64,000 nucleotides of DNA, taken from positions 186,001 through 250,000 of the forward strand of contig CDROCS010001688.1 in NCBI GenBank assembly GCA_977020255.1. Reading direction: 5' to 3'. A program made the translations under genes and the position numbers. Positions 10,744 to 20,410 of this stretch are shown piece after piece. The notes under the pieces are model-generated. The model ran no database searches. It was not told the DNA's origin and saw only the letters and a program-made list of their open reading frames with translations. Position 1 is the stretch's first letter. The number at the start of each line of letters is the position of its first letter. Source of the DNA: Obrimoposthia wandeli. Lineage: Eukaryota.

Positions 10744-12192
10744 CTATCTCCACTTTAATAAGCGGCTTAATTTTGAAGGATGATATGACCAACAGTGATC
10801 AAACATTGTCATTAATTCAGGGTTACCGTATCGCGATAGATTAATGGCGTGGAATCGATTTTTTTGCGCTTTAAGCTTACTGATTCTCGCCAGCATTTCT
10901 GTCGGTTGAGAAGGCGCGATAAAATCAGACAATACAACCAAATCGGCATTTTTGTACTTACCTGATGTCATTAAATCAATCGATTGATCCAATACTGGCC
11001 CTAAATCTGTACCACCATGAAAAGAATAAGAGAGGAAATTCAACACTTCCGTTAAACCATCTTGTTTTGTGAGTTCATACGTTATCTGTTGAGTAGAGAA
11101 CATAATCACGTAGCAATCACGATCTTCTGCTAACGCAATTTGCATTAAACCATACGCAAGTGCTTTAGCGCATTGCTCTGGAAAACCAGACATCGACCCC
11201 GACGCATCAATACAAACAATAAAAGGACCTTTATCTTGATCAACTTGCTTGGTTTGGCGTTTAAATGCTTTTACTTTACGTAATTTTCGCTGTGAACCCT
11301 GCACGCGATAATTCATTAAACGCTTATCGACAAGGTGCTTATAAAACACAACTTCAAGTTCAGGATAAGCGAGGAACATCGCTTCATTGGGCAGTAACTT
11401 GGATAAGTCATCACTTTCATGAATACCGACAATATCATCAGTGACACTGTCACTCTTCTCTTCGACCATTCGCAAGTCTTCAGATTTCACACGCTCTTTA
11501 TTAGGGTCGTCAATTTCATTCGCCATTCGTCCGAGCTTTTCTGCGATTTCTTTAAGGCCATTATTCTTCTTTAAGAAGGTTACGATGGATTTCATGGCGT
11601 CGATATCGGTACGCGTCAGCTTCGCTTTCGCCATATCCCACAACCGGCCTGCTTTTTTTGGGTCGCCAGCTTCTGTGATTTCTTCCATTTGTTTCATGGT
11701 TTCAATACGCTGGTATAAATCAGCAATCAGCTTATCTTTATGTTGCTCAAGATCGTTGGCTTGTGCTTCTTTTAACGCATGTGACAAATACTCATACCAT
11801 GTATTGCAGAAGTAACTCTGAAACATCGGGTTATGCTTTTCATGTTCTCGTGCGTTTAACCGCTTCGCTTTAAAATAAAAGGCCGACTGACCTTCTAGCT
11901 TACGAATAACAGTATCAATGTTATCCATGAACTCTTCCTGACTCCAATTACTTGCAGCCTGATAAAGTTCGAGTTCTTGGCTAAATTGTTCTTCTATACT
12001 CACATTTGAAATTTTGTTCTTAACTTGACCACGCCATTTCATGACCTGGTTTTTCATCGCCGTTTTAATACCAGGGCTGGCTTCGGCTGCCATCAATAGC
12101 TGTGGTCGAGCCATCACTTCATGCACAGCATTATCAATAATGCCTGATTCAACGAGCATCAGCGCTAGGTTAATACCTTCAGATACCGGCAT
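10744..12192 (-). CDS. viaA: VWA domain protein ViaA
   Basis: GI..SDDLS.LLP.E; MIDAS C.DASGSM; GGTD; LSDF; follows ravA. Confidence 0.92.
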   Translation of the reverse strand: MPVSEGINLALMLVESGIIDNAVHEVMARPQLLMAAEASPGIKTAMKNQVMKWRGQVKNKISNVSIEEQFSQELELYQAASNWSQEEFMDNIDTVIRKLEGQSAFYFKAKRLNAREHEKHNPMFQSYFCNTWYEYLSHALKEAQANDLEQHKDKLIADLYQRIETMKQMEEITEAGDPKKAGRLWDMAKAKLTRTDIDAMKSIVTFLKKNNGLKEIAEKLGRMANEIDDPNKERVKSEDLRMVEEKSDSVTDDIVGIHESDDLSKLLPNEAMFLAYPELEVVFYKHLVDKRLMNYRVQGSQRKLRKVKAFKRQTKQVDQDKGPFIVCIDASGSMSGFPEQCAKALAYGLMQIALAEDRDCYVIMFSTQQITYELTKQDGLTEVLNFLSYSFHGGTDLGPVLDQSIDLMTSGKYKNADLVVLSDFIAPSQPTEMLARISKLKAQKNRFHAINLSRYGNPELMTMFDHCWSYHPSKLSRLLKWR

Positions 12193-12220
12193 AGACCACT
12201 CCCTTTAGTTATGAGAAAAG

Positions 12221-13873
12221 TTACGAGAAAAACTCGGATAATTGAGAAATTCTGAACGCACTTTTTTCAATCACTAACTTTAATTCTGAAACAGATTCAG
12301 ACGCTTCGGAAATACTGCATTCAATTAATGTTGGAATTTCTTTCTCAACAAAATTATGTGGAAGTGCACCGTGGAAACTCGTACGAGAGATCTTAATATT
12401 ATGCTCTGCATCGGTCACTTTTCCTGACGCCTGCTTCACACGTTCTTGCAGCTGTTCATTTTGCTTTGCTGTAATACCTTTATTACCTGCAACCCCAACT
12501 AACACAGATCGGTTCGCGATATCTTTAATCACTAAGCGGCATTGAGCATCGATTTCAAACTGAAGACGGCACAAGTTCGTATTTTTATTTACGAAACCAT
12601 AGACATCACAACGGCCTGTTCGAATTTTTTTATCGAACTCGTCACCATCAACGTAAACCCAGCGGCTATCGCCTTGCTCTTTTTCAGAAACAGACGGGTT
12701 CTGCTGAAGCATAACCAATTTAATCATGCGCGGGTTATTATTTACGTTGTAGCGTTTAGAGGTGCTGAAGTTATATTTAAACCACTCTTTACGTAATGTA
12801 GATTCACGGCTAAATGTTACGACAAGATCAGAGGCAACCTGTTCATTAACCTCATCGATAATCTGTTGAGCTTCGTTCGCATCAGATTGAGATGCGCTTT
12901 GATCAAAGGCTTTTTCTGTTGCGAATTTACGTACCAATGTTCGAATTACATTGCGCGATTCTGGGCTATGCCATAAACAATCTTGAAGCAACAAGAGATC
13001 AAGCGGATTGATTTCATCTCTACCATTAAAGAAAGCACTCGCTTTTAATAGGCGTACTGACTTCTTCCATCGTCGATCAGAGATATACAGTTCACTATCT
13101 GCTTCTGCAATATCAGCCGTTTCAGATTGCTTTTCTATCATAGATTTAAGTTGATAGATTTTTTCGAAAATTTCTTCAGATAATTTAACGTCTTCAATGC
13201 AAGCCTGCCATTGAACATATTCTTCATCTTTAATGGTTAAACTTGGATCTATCACTATAGACGTTCGACCGTCATCCATCAGCATCGATTTGAAGTTTTT
13301 CTTTTCTTGAATACGATTAACGAACACACGAACAAGCATACGATCATAGAGTGCATCAAGCCCACTATCTTCATCTGGTAGCTCGTTCGACGCTGTAATC
13401 AGCAAACGCATGGGTACAGGTAACACATCCTGACCATTTTTAAAGGTACGTTCGTTTACAACTGTCAGTAATGTATTGAGGATCGCAGGGCCAGCTTTCC
13501 ATATTTCATCGAGAAAAACGACTTGAGCGGTTGGCAAATATCCGTCAATTAAACGTACGTATTTACCATTATCTTTGAGTTCTTGAATTGATAAAGGGCC
13601 AAACACTTCTTCAGGTGTTGAAAAACGGGTCATCAAGTAATCAAAGAATTTACTGTTATCGAAGGCTTGTATTAAGCGTTTAGCAATTAAACTTTTTGCA
13701 ATACCAGGTGGGCCAAGTAAAAAAACACTCTCACCCGCTAAAGCAGAAAGTAAGCAAAGTTTGATGGTTTCTTCACGCTCGTATACACCGCTAGAAAGCG
13801 ATTTAATAAGCTTTTGAATCCTTTCAGAAATTAACGCTTTATTTGGTTGTGCAGATTTTGTCATTGTTAGCAT
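12221..13873 (-). CDS. ravA: MoxR-family AAA+ ATPase RavA
   Basis: Walker A GPPGIAKS, YLMTRFSTPEEVFGP, FLDEIWKA, SDRRW. Confidence 0.95.
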   Translation of the reverse strand: MLTMTKSAQPNKALISERIQKLIKSLSSGVYEREETIKLCLLSALAGESVFLLGPPGIAKSLIAKRLIQAFDNSKFFDYLMTRFSTPEEVFGPLSIQELKDNGKYVRLIDGYLPTAQVVFLDEIWKAGPAILNTLLTVVNERTFKNGQDVLPVPMRLLITASNELPDEDSGLDALYDRMLVRVFVNRIQEKKNFKSMLMDDGRTSIVIDPSLTIKDEEYVQWQACIEDVKLSEEIFEKIYQLKSMIEKQSETADIAEADSELYISDRRWKKSVRLLKASAFFNGRDEINPLDLLLLQDCLWHSPESRNVIRTLVRKFATEKAFDQSASQSDANEAQQIIDEVNEQVASDLVVTFSRESTLRKEWFKYNFSTSKRYNVNNNPRMIKLVMLQQNPSVSEKEQGDSRWVYVDGDEFDKKIRTGRCDVYGFVNKNTNLCRLQFEIDAQCRLVIKDIANRSVLVGVAGNKGITAKQNEQLQERVKQASGKVTDAEHNIKISRTSFHGALPHNFVEKEIPTLIECSISEASESVSELKLVIEKSAFRISQLSEFFS

Positions 13874-14432
13874 AATTCCCGACCTCTCTAATTGTTATGT
13901 CTATGCGCCAAACCACAACAATTGCTGTCATTACTTAGCATAGACAGAATACCCGCAATGTTACAGAAGTGTTAACATTAAATATCTTTTAACACTTTTA
14001 TATCAAAGAGATCTATCAACAACAAGCAAGCAAACATTGTTTGCAAAAATAATGCTCAACCGAAAAGACACACAAACAGACACAGACAGTTACATTTACT
14101 TACAAGTAGACATTAAATCAAGACATTAAACCAGATTTATTCTTAAATCTATTTTCATGCCAACAATATGAAGCTAAAATAATTCGTCTTTCGAACCCAT
14201 CATTTTGAACAAAATATCAACACTCTTTCGTGGGCATTTTTTAGCAGCAGGTTTAACTTTATAAATATAATGAAAATTTATAGAGTCAAAACTAACTCAT
14301 TTCCTTTTTAAAAAAAGTCACACAAATGACACAGTCAATGTTTTTTTATTGATAAATGTAAAAATCTTGTCCTATCATATGCACTTTGACAATATGGACC
14401 TGTAATCTTTAACAAAAAACTCTAAGGCTGTA

Positions 14433-15293
14433 ATGAACAACGTATCTCAACTTCCTATGCGACTGATTATTATCGTGTGCATTGGCATTTTGCTATCGGC
14501 ATTAATACCGTCAAGCGAAAGCCTTGAAGTACTCACCTCAATAATAACCTTAGTGTTAATTATGATGCTGTTACGCGAAGATTTTGGTAAGGAAACTAAA
14601 GCTTGGCTTATTTTGGCTTTAGGCACTTATGGTCTTGGTGTTTTATCTGATTTATTAGATGAGATTCCAGAACTAAGCGATAATAAGCTGCTCAATAATG
14701 CAGATGATGTTTTCATGCATATTGGTGTTTTTCTTATGTGTTTTTGTTTTATTAAAATGCTTCATCAACGTCGTTCATTAATAGACAGCCTAAATACACA
14801 AATATCCAAAGCACGTACTTTAGAAGGTGTACTTAGCCGTCAGGCATTACAAGATGATTTAACCGGATTATTAAATCGTCGTTCGTTATTCCGCCGTTTT
14901 GATGAAATGGCGATTAACCACCAGCAAGGCATGCTTGCTTACATTGACATCGATAATTTCAAACAAGTGAACGACCGATTTAGTCATACTCGAGGAGATA
15001 AATTACTTGTTATTATAGCAAACAGTTTATTAAAAACAGCACCTCTTGGAAGCCGAATTTATCGAATAGGCGGGGATGAATTCGTTGTTTTACTGCCTAG
15101 TGATGATCAGCAGATGTGTGAGGAATGGATTAGCGAACTTTACGATTCAACACAAAATACACGAGATAAATATAACATTGGTATCAGTATTGGTATTGCA
15201 CCTTACTACTCAGGAAACCTAAGTGATCCTGATTCTATTCTCGCAAAAGCAGATAAAGCAATGTATACAGATAAAAATAACAAAACGGCCTAA
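14433..15293 (+). CDS. Membrane-anchored diguanylate cyclase (GGDEF)
   Basis: About 4 N-terminal TM segments; D.LTGL.NRR, DID.FK..ND, intact RIGGDEF; no RxxD I-site (PLGS). Confidence 0.9.
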   Translation: MNNVSQLPMRLIIIVCIGILLSALIPSSESLEVLTSIITLVLIMMLLREDFGKETKAWLILALGTYGLGVLSDLLDEIPELSDNKLLNNADDVFMHIGVFLMCFCFIKMLHQRRSLIDSLNTQISKARTLEGVLSRQALQDDLTGLLNRRSLFRRFDEMAINHQQGMLAYIDIDNFKQVNDRFSHTRGDKLLVIIANSLLKTAPLGSRIYRIGGDEFVVLLPSDDQQMCEEWISELYDSTQNTRDKYNIGISIGIAPYYSGNLSDPDSILAKADKAMYTDKNNKTA

Positions 15294-15460
15294 TGTTCAC
15301 TCAGTAACATGTCTAATTCTTCATCTGTTAATATTTGGTTAACAACACTCATGACTTCAACATTATGCCTCGCTTTAGTTTTCAAATACACTTGGTGTCG
15401 CTGCTGCTCATCAAGTGTCGATAGCTTATCCAAAAGTTCTGAAAAATCATATTCTTCCAT
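15290..15460 (-). CDS. Small hypothetical protein, 56 aa (not in ORF track)
   Basis: MEEYDFSELLDKLSTLDEQQRHQVYLKTKARHNVEVMSVLLTKYLTDEELDMLLSEH*; SD AAGGAG about 7 nt upstream; stop overlaps the GGDEF stop by 4 nt. Confidence 0.65.
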   Translation of the reverse strand: MEEYDFSELLDKLSTLDEQQRHQVYLKTKARHNVEVMSVVNQILTDEELDMLLSEH

Positions 15461-15744
15461 TTCGCTACTCCTTTAATCTACAGCATCATCTAGCTTTTAA
15501 AGATGTAATTAGTGAGTAAGAGTTACTCACTAATTATATTCCTATTGTTCATATTCAGCTATTCAAATGTACTTTTCAATACCCTAACCGAATATTTATG
15601 ATGAAGATCAAACTTGAAGCTACTTCCACAATCATAAAATTACAATGGTAAATATATTAAATTTGTGGCTATAAGTGTCAACTTCATCAATAAGAGTAAT
15701 ATTTGTTGTTGATACGATCACCAAAGCTCTTATTCAGATACAGG

Positions 15745-15773
15745 ATTTCACAGAACTGTCATACATTCGTAAT
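15745..15773 (+). promoter_or_regulatory. Pho box (three half-sites, 11-bp period) upstream of pstS
   Basis: ATTTCAC-AGAA-CTGTCAT-ACAT-TCGTAAT compared with PhoB consensus CTGTCAT-N4-CTGT(C/A)A(C/T). Confidence 0.65.
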
Positions 15774-15811
15774 AAGATAGCTTGAAATCTAACTTAATAC
15801 GGAGAAAATCA

Positions 15812-16639
15812 ATGTTTTTTAGGGCAACTACCCTTGTGGCATTGTGTGCGGGCATGGCGTTTAGTGCACAAGCCAAAACAGATACTGTCACAGTTACTGG
15901 ATCGACATCAGTGAGCCATGTGATGGAAATCTTAGCAGAAGCTTATTCAAACTCTCATAAAGATACTTTTGTTGCTGTTCAAGGCATAGGTTCTTCTGCT
16001 GGCATTTCTGCAGTAAAACAAGATATCGCTGAAATAGGCATGAGCTCTCGCCGTCTTAGTGAAGATGAGATAAATCCCGATGTTAAAATGGTAGCAATTG
16101 CACATGATGGCATTGCATTGGTCGTCAATAAAAACAACCCTGTTGAAAACCTCACAAAAGACCAAATATCAAAAATTTATCATGGGGAAATTAAAAACTG
16201 GAAAGACGTCGGTGGTCCAGATCTAAAAATGGCTGTTGTTAGCCGTGAAAATGCATCTGGCTCACGCTTTTCTTTTGAAGACTTTATGGGTTTAACCCAA
16301 AACATTAAAGGTCAAAGGGTATCTGATATAAACCCGCAACTCTTAGTGGTTAACACTAATGGCATGGTGAAAAGTTTAGTCTCTCGTAATGTACATGCAC
16401 TTGGCTATATGTCTTTAGGTTCTGTGGATGATTCTATTAAGCCGTTATCTTTTGAAGGTGTTAAGCCAACCATTGATAACCTAGAATCAGGAGAGTATTT
16501 AATCTCTCGCCCTTTTTTAATGTTATATAAAGAGAAGAACATATCAAAAAATGCACAAGCGTTTTTAAACTACGTTATTTCAATTGAAGGGCAGAATATT
16601 ATCGATGAACGTGGATACATTGCGAACCATAAAAGTTAA
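15812..16639 (+). CDS. pstS: Phosphate ABC transporter substrate-binding protein, PstS-like (orphan)
   Basis: Signal peptide; GSTSV, GSS.GI, IGMSSR, SRE..SGSR motifs; ATG 15812 follows a GGAG SD. Confidence 0.85.
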   Translation: MFFRATTLVALCAGMAFSAQAKTDTVTVTGSTSVSHVMEILAEAYSNSHKDTFVAVQGIGSSAGISAVKQDIAEIGMSSRRLSEDEINPDVKMVAIAHDGIALVVNKNNPVENLTKDQISKIYHGEIKNWKDVGGPDLKMAVVSRENASGSRFSFEDFMGLTQNIKGQRVSDINPQLLVVNTNGMVKSLVSRNVHALGYMSLGSVDDSIKPLSFEGVKPTIDNLESGEYLISRPFLMLYKEKNISKNAQAFLNYVISIEGQNIIDERGYIANHKS

Positions 16640-16643
16640 TCAA

Positions 16644-16909
16644 TATACCCAAGCTACCTCAATATGCAGGATTCAGAGTGATCTCAGCGTGTTTAATTCA
16701 AGGAAAATGTGTGTAGGAATGGTATTCCCTTTCATACACATTTGACACAGAAGTAGATACGCTGAATCACTCCCGAAGGGCGAGTTTTGTTGGGCTCTAT
16801 GCGGTGTTACTTATTTTCAACGTAGAGCGACTAGGTCTATAAATAAGTGCCTTGCCTAGAGCCCAACAAATTCTCGCTGAAACGAGCATCTTGAGGTAAC
16901 TTGGGTATA
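16644..16909. mobile_element. 266-bp ERIC-like MITE, copy A
   Basis: 24-bp imperfect terminal inverted repeats TATACCCAAGCTACCTCAATATGC...GCATCTTGAGGTAACTTGGGTATA; two long internal hairpins; same-length homolog at 60560-60825. Confidence 0.85.
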
Positions 16910-16937
16910 ACAATTGAAGTAGCTTGTTGTTCTCATT

Positions 16938-16985
16938 TAAAAAGCTAACCAAATTGCATTTACATCTGCATTGGTTAGCTTTTTA
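16938..16985. terminator. Bidirectional terminator between pstS and sseA
   Basis: AAAAAGCTAACCAA...TTGGTTAGCTTTTT. Confidence 0.75.
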
Positions 16986-17000
16986 TTTCTATAGTAAAAC

Positions 17001-17861
17001 CTATTTCACCACTGGATATTTATACGTAGAGCCCCATTCAGTCCAAGAGCCATCATAAACCGTCAGCATTTTTCGCCCAGCAAGTTCAGCCCCTAGAGCC
17101 AACACACACGCAGTTACCCCCGAACCGCAGCTAAAGATGAGTCGCTGTTCTGTATCAGAAACGGCGTCAAAGCGATTAATAAGCAACTCTTTATCAATAA
17201 AAAAGCCATCTTTAATTAATTGTAAAAATGGAAGACTTTTCGCATTAGGCATGTGACCGCCTCTTACTCCTTGTCTTGGTTCTGGCTCTGTACCAAAAAA
17301 CCGAGCTGCACCACGGGCATCAAGCACTGCAACAGAGTGGTCATCGAGTAGGCTTTCCAATGTATCAGCATCAATAACCCATTCAGGTTCAAAAGCCGCT
17401 TTATAGCCCGTTACTTCTGGCGCGGCTAACTCGCCCTTTTCTATTGGGTTATTTCCTGCTAACCATGCTGGAAACCCGCCATCAAGCACCGCAACATTTT
17501 TGTGCCCCATCGCTTTAAACATCCACCACACTCGAGGTGCAGAGAATAATCCGTGGGTATCATATACAACAACACTATCATCGTTGTTAATGCCTAACTC
17601 TGACACTGCTTTTTCAAACAACTCTGGCGATGGCAGCATATGTGGAAATTGTGTATTGGGCGCAGCAATTTTCTTATCAAAATCAAAATACCGAGCACGC
17701 GGAATACGCTTTTCACTCCACTCTTGTTGTGGATTTCGTGTAGAACCAGGCATAAACCAGCTTGCATCCAATATTACAAGATTATCATCGGTTAAATGTT
17801 CAGCTAACCAGTCTGTTGTTACTAACGAGGAAGGTACTAACGATGAAGGTACTAATGGCAT
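17001..17861 (-). CDS. sseA: 3-mercaptopyruvate sulfurtransferase (tandem rhodanese)
   Basis: LDASW.MP, HMLPS, VWW.F...GH..V.VLDGG, GHMPNA, CGSGVTAC active loop, YDGSWTEW. Confidence 0.92.
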   Translation of the reverse strand: MPLVPSSLVPSSLVTTDWLAEHLTDDNLVILDASWFMPGSTRNPQQEWSEKRIPRARYFDFDKKIAAPNTQFPHMLPSPELFEKAVSELGINNDDSVVVYDTHGLFSAPRVWWMFKAMGHKNVAVLDGGFPAWLAGNNPIEKGELAAPEVTGYKAAFEPEWVIDADTLESLLDDHSVAVLDARGAARFFGTEPEPRQGVRGGHMPNAKSLPFLQLIKDGFFIDKELLINRFDAVSDTEQRLIFSCGSGVTACVLALGAELAGRKMLTVYDGSWTEWGSTYKYPVVK

Positions 17862-18041
17862 TCAATATTCCTTATAAATAACGCTGAATAAACAAATTAC
17901 AAACCGACAAATTAAGAGAAAAACTTGAGCTTTAAATATTGAGCACAAACTCTTTAAACGATGTGGATTAACCCTATCTTTTTTCTTTTGCTATCACAAT
18001 GATAGTGTGTGCTAGTTTGAATGCTCATTCAAAAGTAGCAA

Positions 18042-18058
18042 TGTGCCAAAGTGACACA
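18042..18058. promoter_or_regulatory. Candidate operator for the RHH antitoxin
   Basis: Imperfect inverted repeat TGTGCC-AAAGT-GACACA upstream of the TA operon. Confidence 0.3.
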
Positions 18059-18126
18059 AAAATTGCTAACACCAAACAACCATGCCATACTCGGCTTGAG
18101 GCACTTTGACACCTATGGAGGTTTAT

Positions 18127-18399
18127 ATGGCTACAGCACTACCACGTATCACTGCCCGTGTAGACATTGATACTCAAGAACTACTATCACAAGCAGCAGC
18201 TATCGCTGGTATGTCTAGTATTAATTCATTCGTTCTTAGTGCTGCTGTTGAAAAAGCTAAACAGATAATGGAACGAGAACGCGCATTAAAGCTCAGCCAG
18301 CGCGACGCTATGATGCTTATGGATGCACTGGATGAACCAGCAAAACCGAATGCTCGCTTGCAGCAGGCTGCAGCTCGTTACAAGGACAAACTGCAATAA
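18127..18399 (+). CDS. DUF1778 (TacA/AtaR-like RHH) antitoxin
   Basis: RITARV....ELL.QAAA..G.S..SFVL.AA...A..I, LS.RDA..L..AL..P..PN..L pattern; stop overlaps toxin start (TAATG). Confidence 0.9.
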   Translation: MATALPRITARVDIDTQELLSQAAAIAGMSSINSFVLSAAVEKAKQIMERERALKLSQRDAMMLMDALDEPAKPNARLQQAAARYKDKLQ

Positions 18400-18896
18400 T
18401 GAAGACGGTACAATTAGACAAAGCTAAACACGACCGTCATCGCTTTGATTGTGGAATTGATGCGCTAAACAATTATTTGAAAATCATGGCGAGTCAGCAA
18501 GCAAAGAAAGATAACACCCGCACATTTGTGCTTGAAGATATAAACTTTACTGAGCATGTTATCGGCTATTACACGCTGACTATGGCACCAATTGATTTAG
18601 CATCTCTACCTGCGAAACTACAAAAGAAGCATCATAATGCTAGCTCTGGCGGCTTAATCGCAAGGCTTGCAGTAGATCAACGATACAAAGGTAATGGCTA
18701 TGGCGAATGGTTGCTGATTGATGCACTTCGAAAATTACTGACGGCGAGCGAAACTGTCGCATTTCCTGTTGTTATCGTTGATGCTAAAGATGGTGCAGAA
18801 TACTTCTACGAAAAATATGGGTTCACCGCATTTCAAGATGCTGAAAACAAACTTTTTATCACAATTGCAGATGTAAGAGTGAGCATAGGTCTTTAA
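18399..18896 (+). CDS. GNAT-family acetyltransferase toxin (TacT/AtaT-like)
   Basis: FDCG..ALN.YL, GYYTL, LIARLAVD..YKG.GYG..LL.DAL, VDAKD....FY..YGF; coupled to the DUF1778 gene. Confidence 0.9.
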   Translation: MKTVQLDKAKHDRHRFDCGIDALNNYLKIMASQQAKKDNTRTFVLEDINFTEHVIGYYTLTMAPIDLASLPAKLQKKHHNASSGGLIARLAVDQRYKGNGYGEWLLIDALRKLLTASETVAFPVVIVDAKDGAEYFYEKYGFTAFQDAENKLFITIADVRVSIGL

Positions 18897-19272
18897 AATA
18901 GGTCTTTGACATATCACCTTTAGCGCTAATTCACGTTTTAATCTTCACTCCTATTCACCCTTTCGTATTATCTCCTTAATATAATACGACAAGCGCATTT
19001 CCTTCCACTGACTCTCTACTGTACATATCGCATCATGATTAGGCAAAATTTGATTCAATCAAATTTCCTTACAAGTTAATGTTCACTGTTAGTGTGTTTT
19101 TCACACTATAGTGCACAACCTCTGATTTTTGTTAATCACTCCCCTAATAAGGCTAGCTACTACTAGCGTGTATTCGGTAAAATGTTGACGATATTAAATA
19201 ACATACACATTCTTGTATGAAAACTAAACTCTACATTTTTAGTTATATTTTCTCTGCTACAAAGGATTGTAA

Positions 19273-20262
19273 ATGAATCACTTTTCTCTCGGTATTGTTG
19301 CTATCTCCACACTCTTTTCATCAACAACTATGGCGTACAATTCGGGTAGTTTCTCGTTTGCGATTGATAATGACGGTATCGTAGGTACTGACCAAAACTA
19401 CAGCAACGGCATTTTCTTAGAATATAACTCTGCAGCAATAAACAACGTCGCCATGAGTGCACCAACGCCTATACGACAAATAGCGTCCATTTTGCCGTTA
19501 AGTTCTGGCACCCAAGGCTGGAGCCTACGCCTTGGTCAACAAATTTGGACACCAGAAGATATTGAAGCAACAGAGCCCCCGCCCAATGAGCGCCCTTATG
19601 CAGGATTGCTATTTCTAGAAACGGGGGTTTATCAATATTCAGCAAGTGCGGTTGATAAATTCAGCTTTATGCTGGGTACTGTAGGCCCAAATTCTTTCGC
19701 AGAGGAAGGTCAAAAGTTTATTCACAGCATCATTGGTTCTGACGAGCCTATGGGATGGGATGATCAAATCGAAAACCAAGTAGTATTCAATCTTGGATAC
19801 CAAGGGCATCGCCTAATCACTAGAGATAATGCATGGTTAATGCAACAGTATGACTTAAGTAGTGTTGGTCGTGCCAATGTAGGTAATTTTCAAAGTGAGC
19901 TAGCCGTTGGTACTGTTGCTCGTTGGGGTAAGAACTTAGATTCAAACTTTGGTAGTGTTGGGTTTTCACCAGGCAAGCTGTTTGATGTCAGCGTGATTTC
20001 ATCTAGCGCGTCAGGTTATTTTGTATTTACAGGTATAGAAGGCCGTTATCGTTTCAATGATATAACGATCGACGGTGATCGGCCTGATCATGTACCAGAT
20101 ACCAATGTTGAAAACCTACAAGCAACGGCTGTTTTAGGCTTTGTATACTACCAACCTAGCTGGGGTACAAGCTTAAGTTTTGCCACCAGCACCCCCGATT
20201 TTGAAGAGGATATTCGTTCATCCACCTCTATGGGGTCGTTCGAAATATTCTGGCGCTTCTAA
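19273..20262 (+). CDS. Lipid A 3-O-deacylase LpxR family outer-membrane protein
   Basis: Signal peptide; DND....TD..Y.NG, GQ.IWTP, RPYAG, GWD.QI motifs; C-terminal Phe. Confidence 0.85.
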   Translation: MNHFSLGIVAISTLFSSTTMAYNSGSFSFAIDNDGIVGTDQNYSNGIFLEYNSAAINNVAMSAPTPIRQIASILPLSSGTQGWSLRLGQQIWTPEDIEATEPPPNERPYAGLLFLETGVYQYSASAVDKFSFMLGTVGPNSFAEEGQKFIHSIIGSDEPMGWDDQIENQVVFNLGYQGHRLITRDNAWLMQQYDLSSVGRANVGNFQSELAVGTVARWGKNLDSNFGSVGFSPGKLFDVSVISSSASGYFVFTGIEGRYRFNDITIDGDRPDHVPDTNVENLQATAVLGFVYYQPSWGTSLSFATSTPDFEEDIRSSTSMGSFEIFWRF

Positions 20263-20410
20263 CGTAAGATCCAATATAAGCAGTATTTAGGCTAAGCTGC
20301 ACAATTTGCTTAGCCTTTTTCTATCAAATGTAGACTCAACAGCTATTTAATAGCATTCACTTAACCAACAGGACTTATCTAGATTGGTATAATGTTACGT
20401 GTACTATCTG

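Noticed and set aside
13968-13996. AGTGTTAA-N13-TTAACACT upstream of ravA
   Set aside because: AT-rich with a long spacer; no known regulator match, so it cannot be supported.
16644-16909. MITE as a CRISPR array, integron attC or riboswitch
   Set aside because: No repeat-spacer periodicity, no GTTRRRY/RYYYAAC cassette ends and no aptamer consensus that I recognise; it has terminal inverted repeats and dispersed copies.
18920-19000. Hairpin and purine-rich SD-like motifs downstream of the GNAT toxin
   Set aside because: No ORF of useful length follows; may simply be a terminator region.
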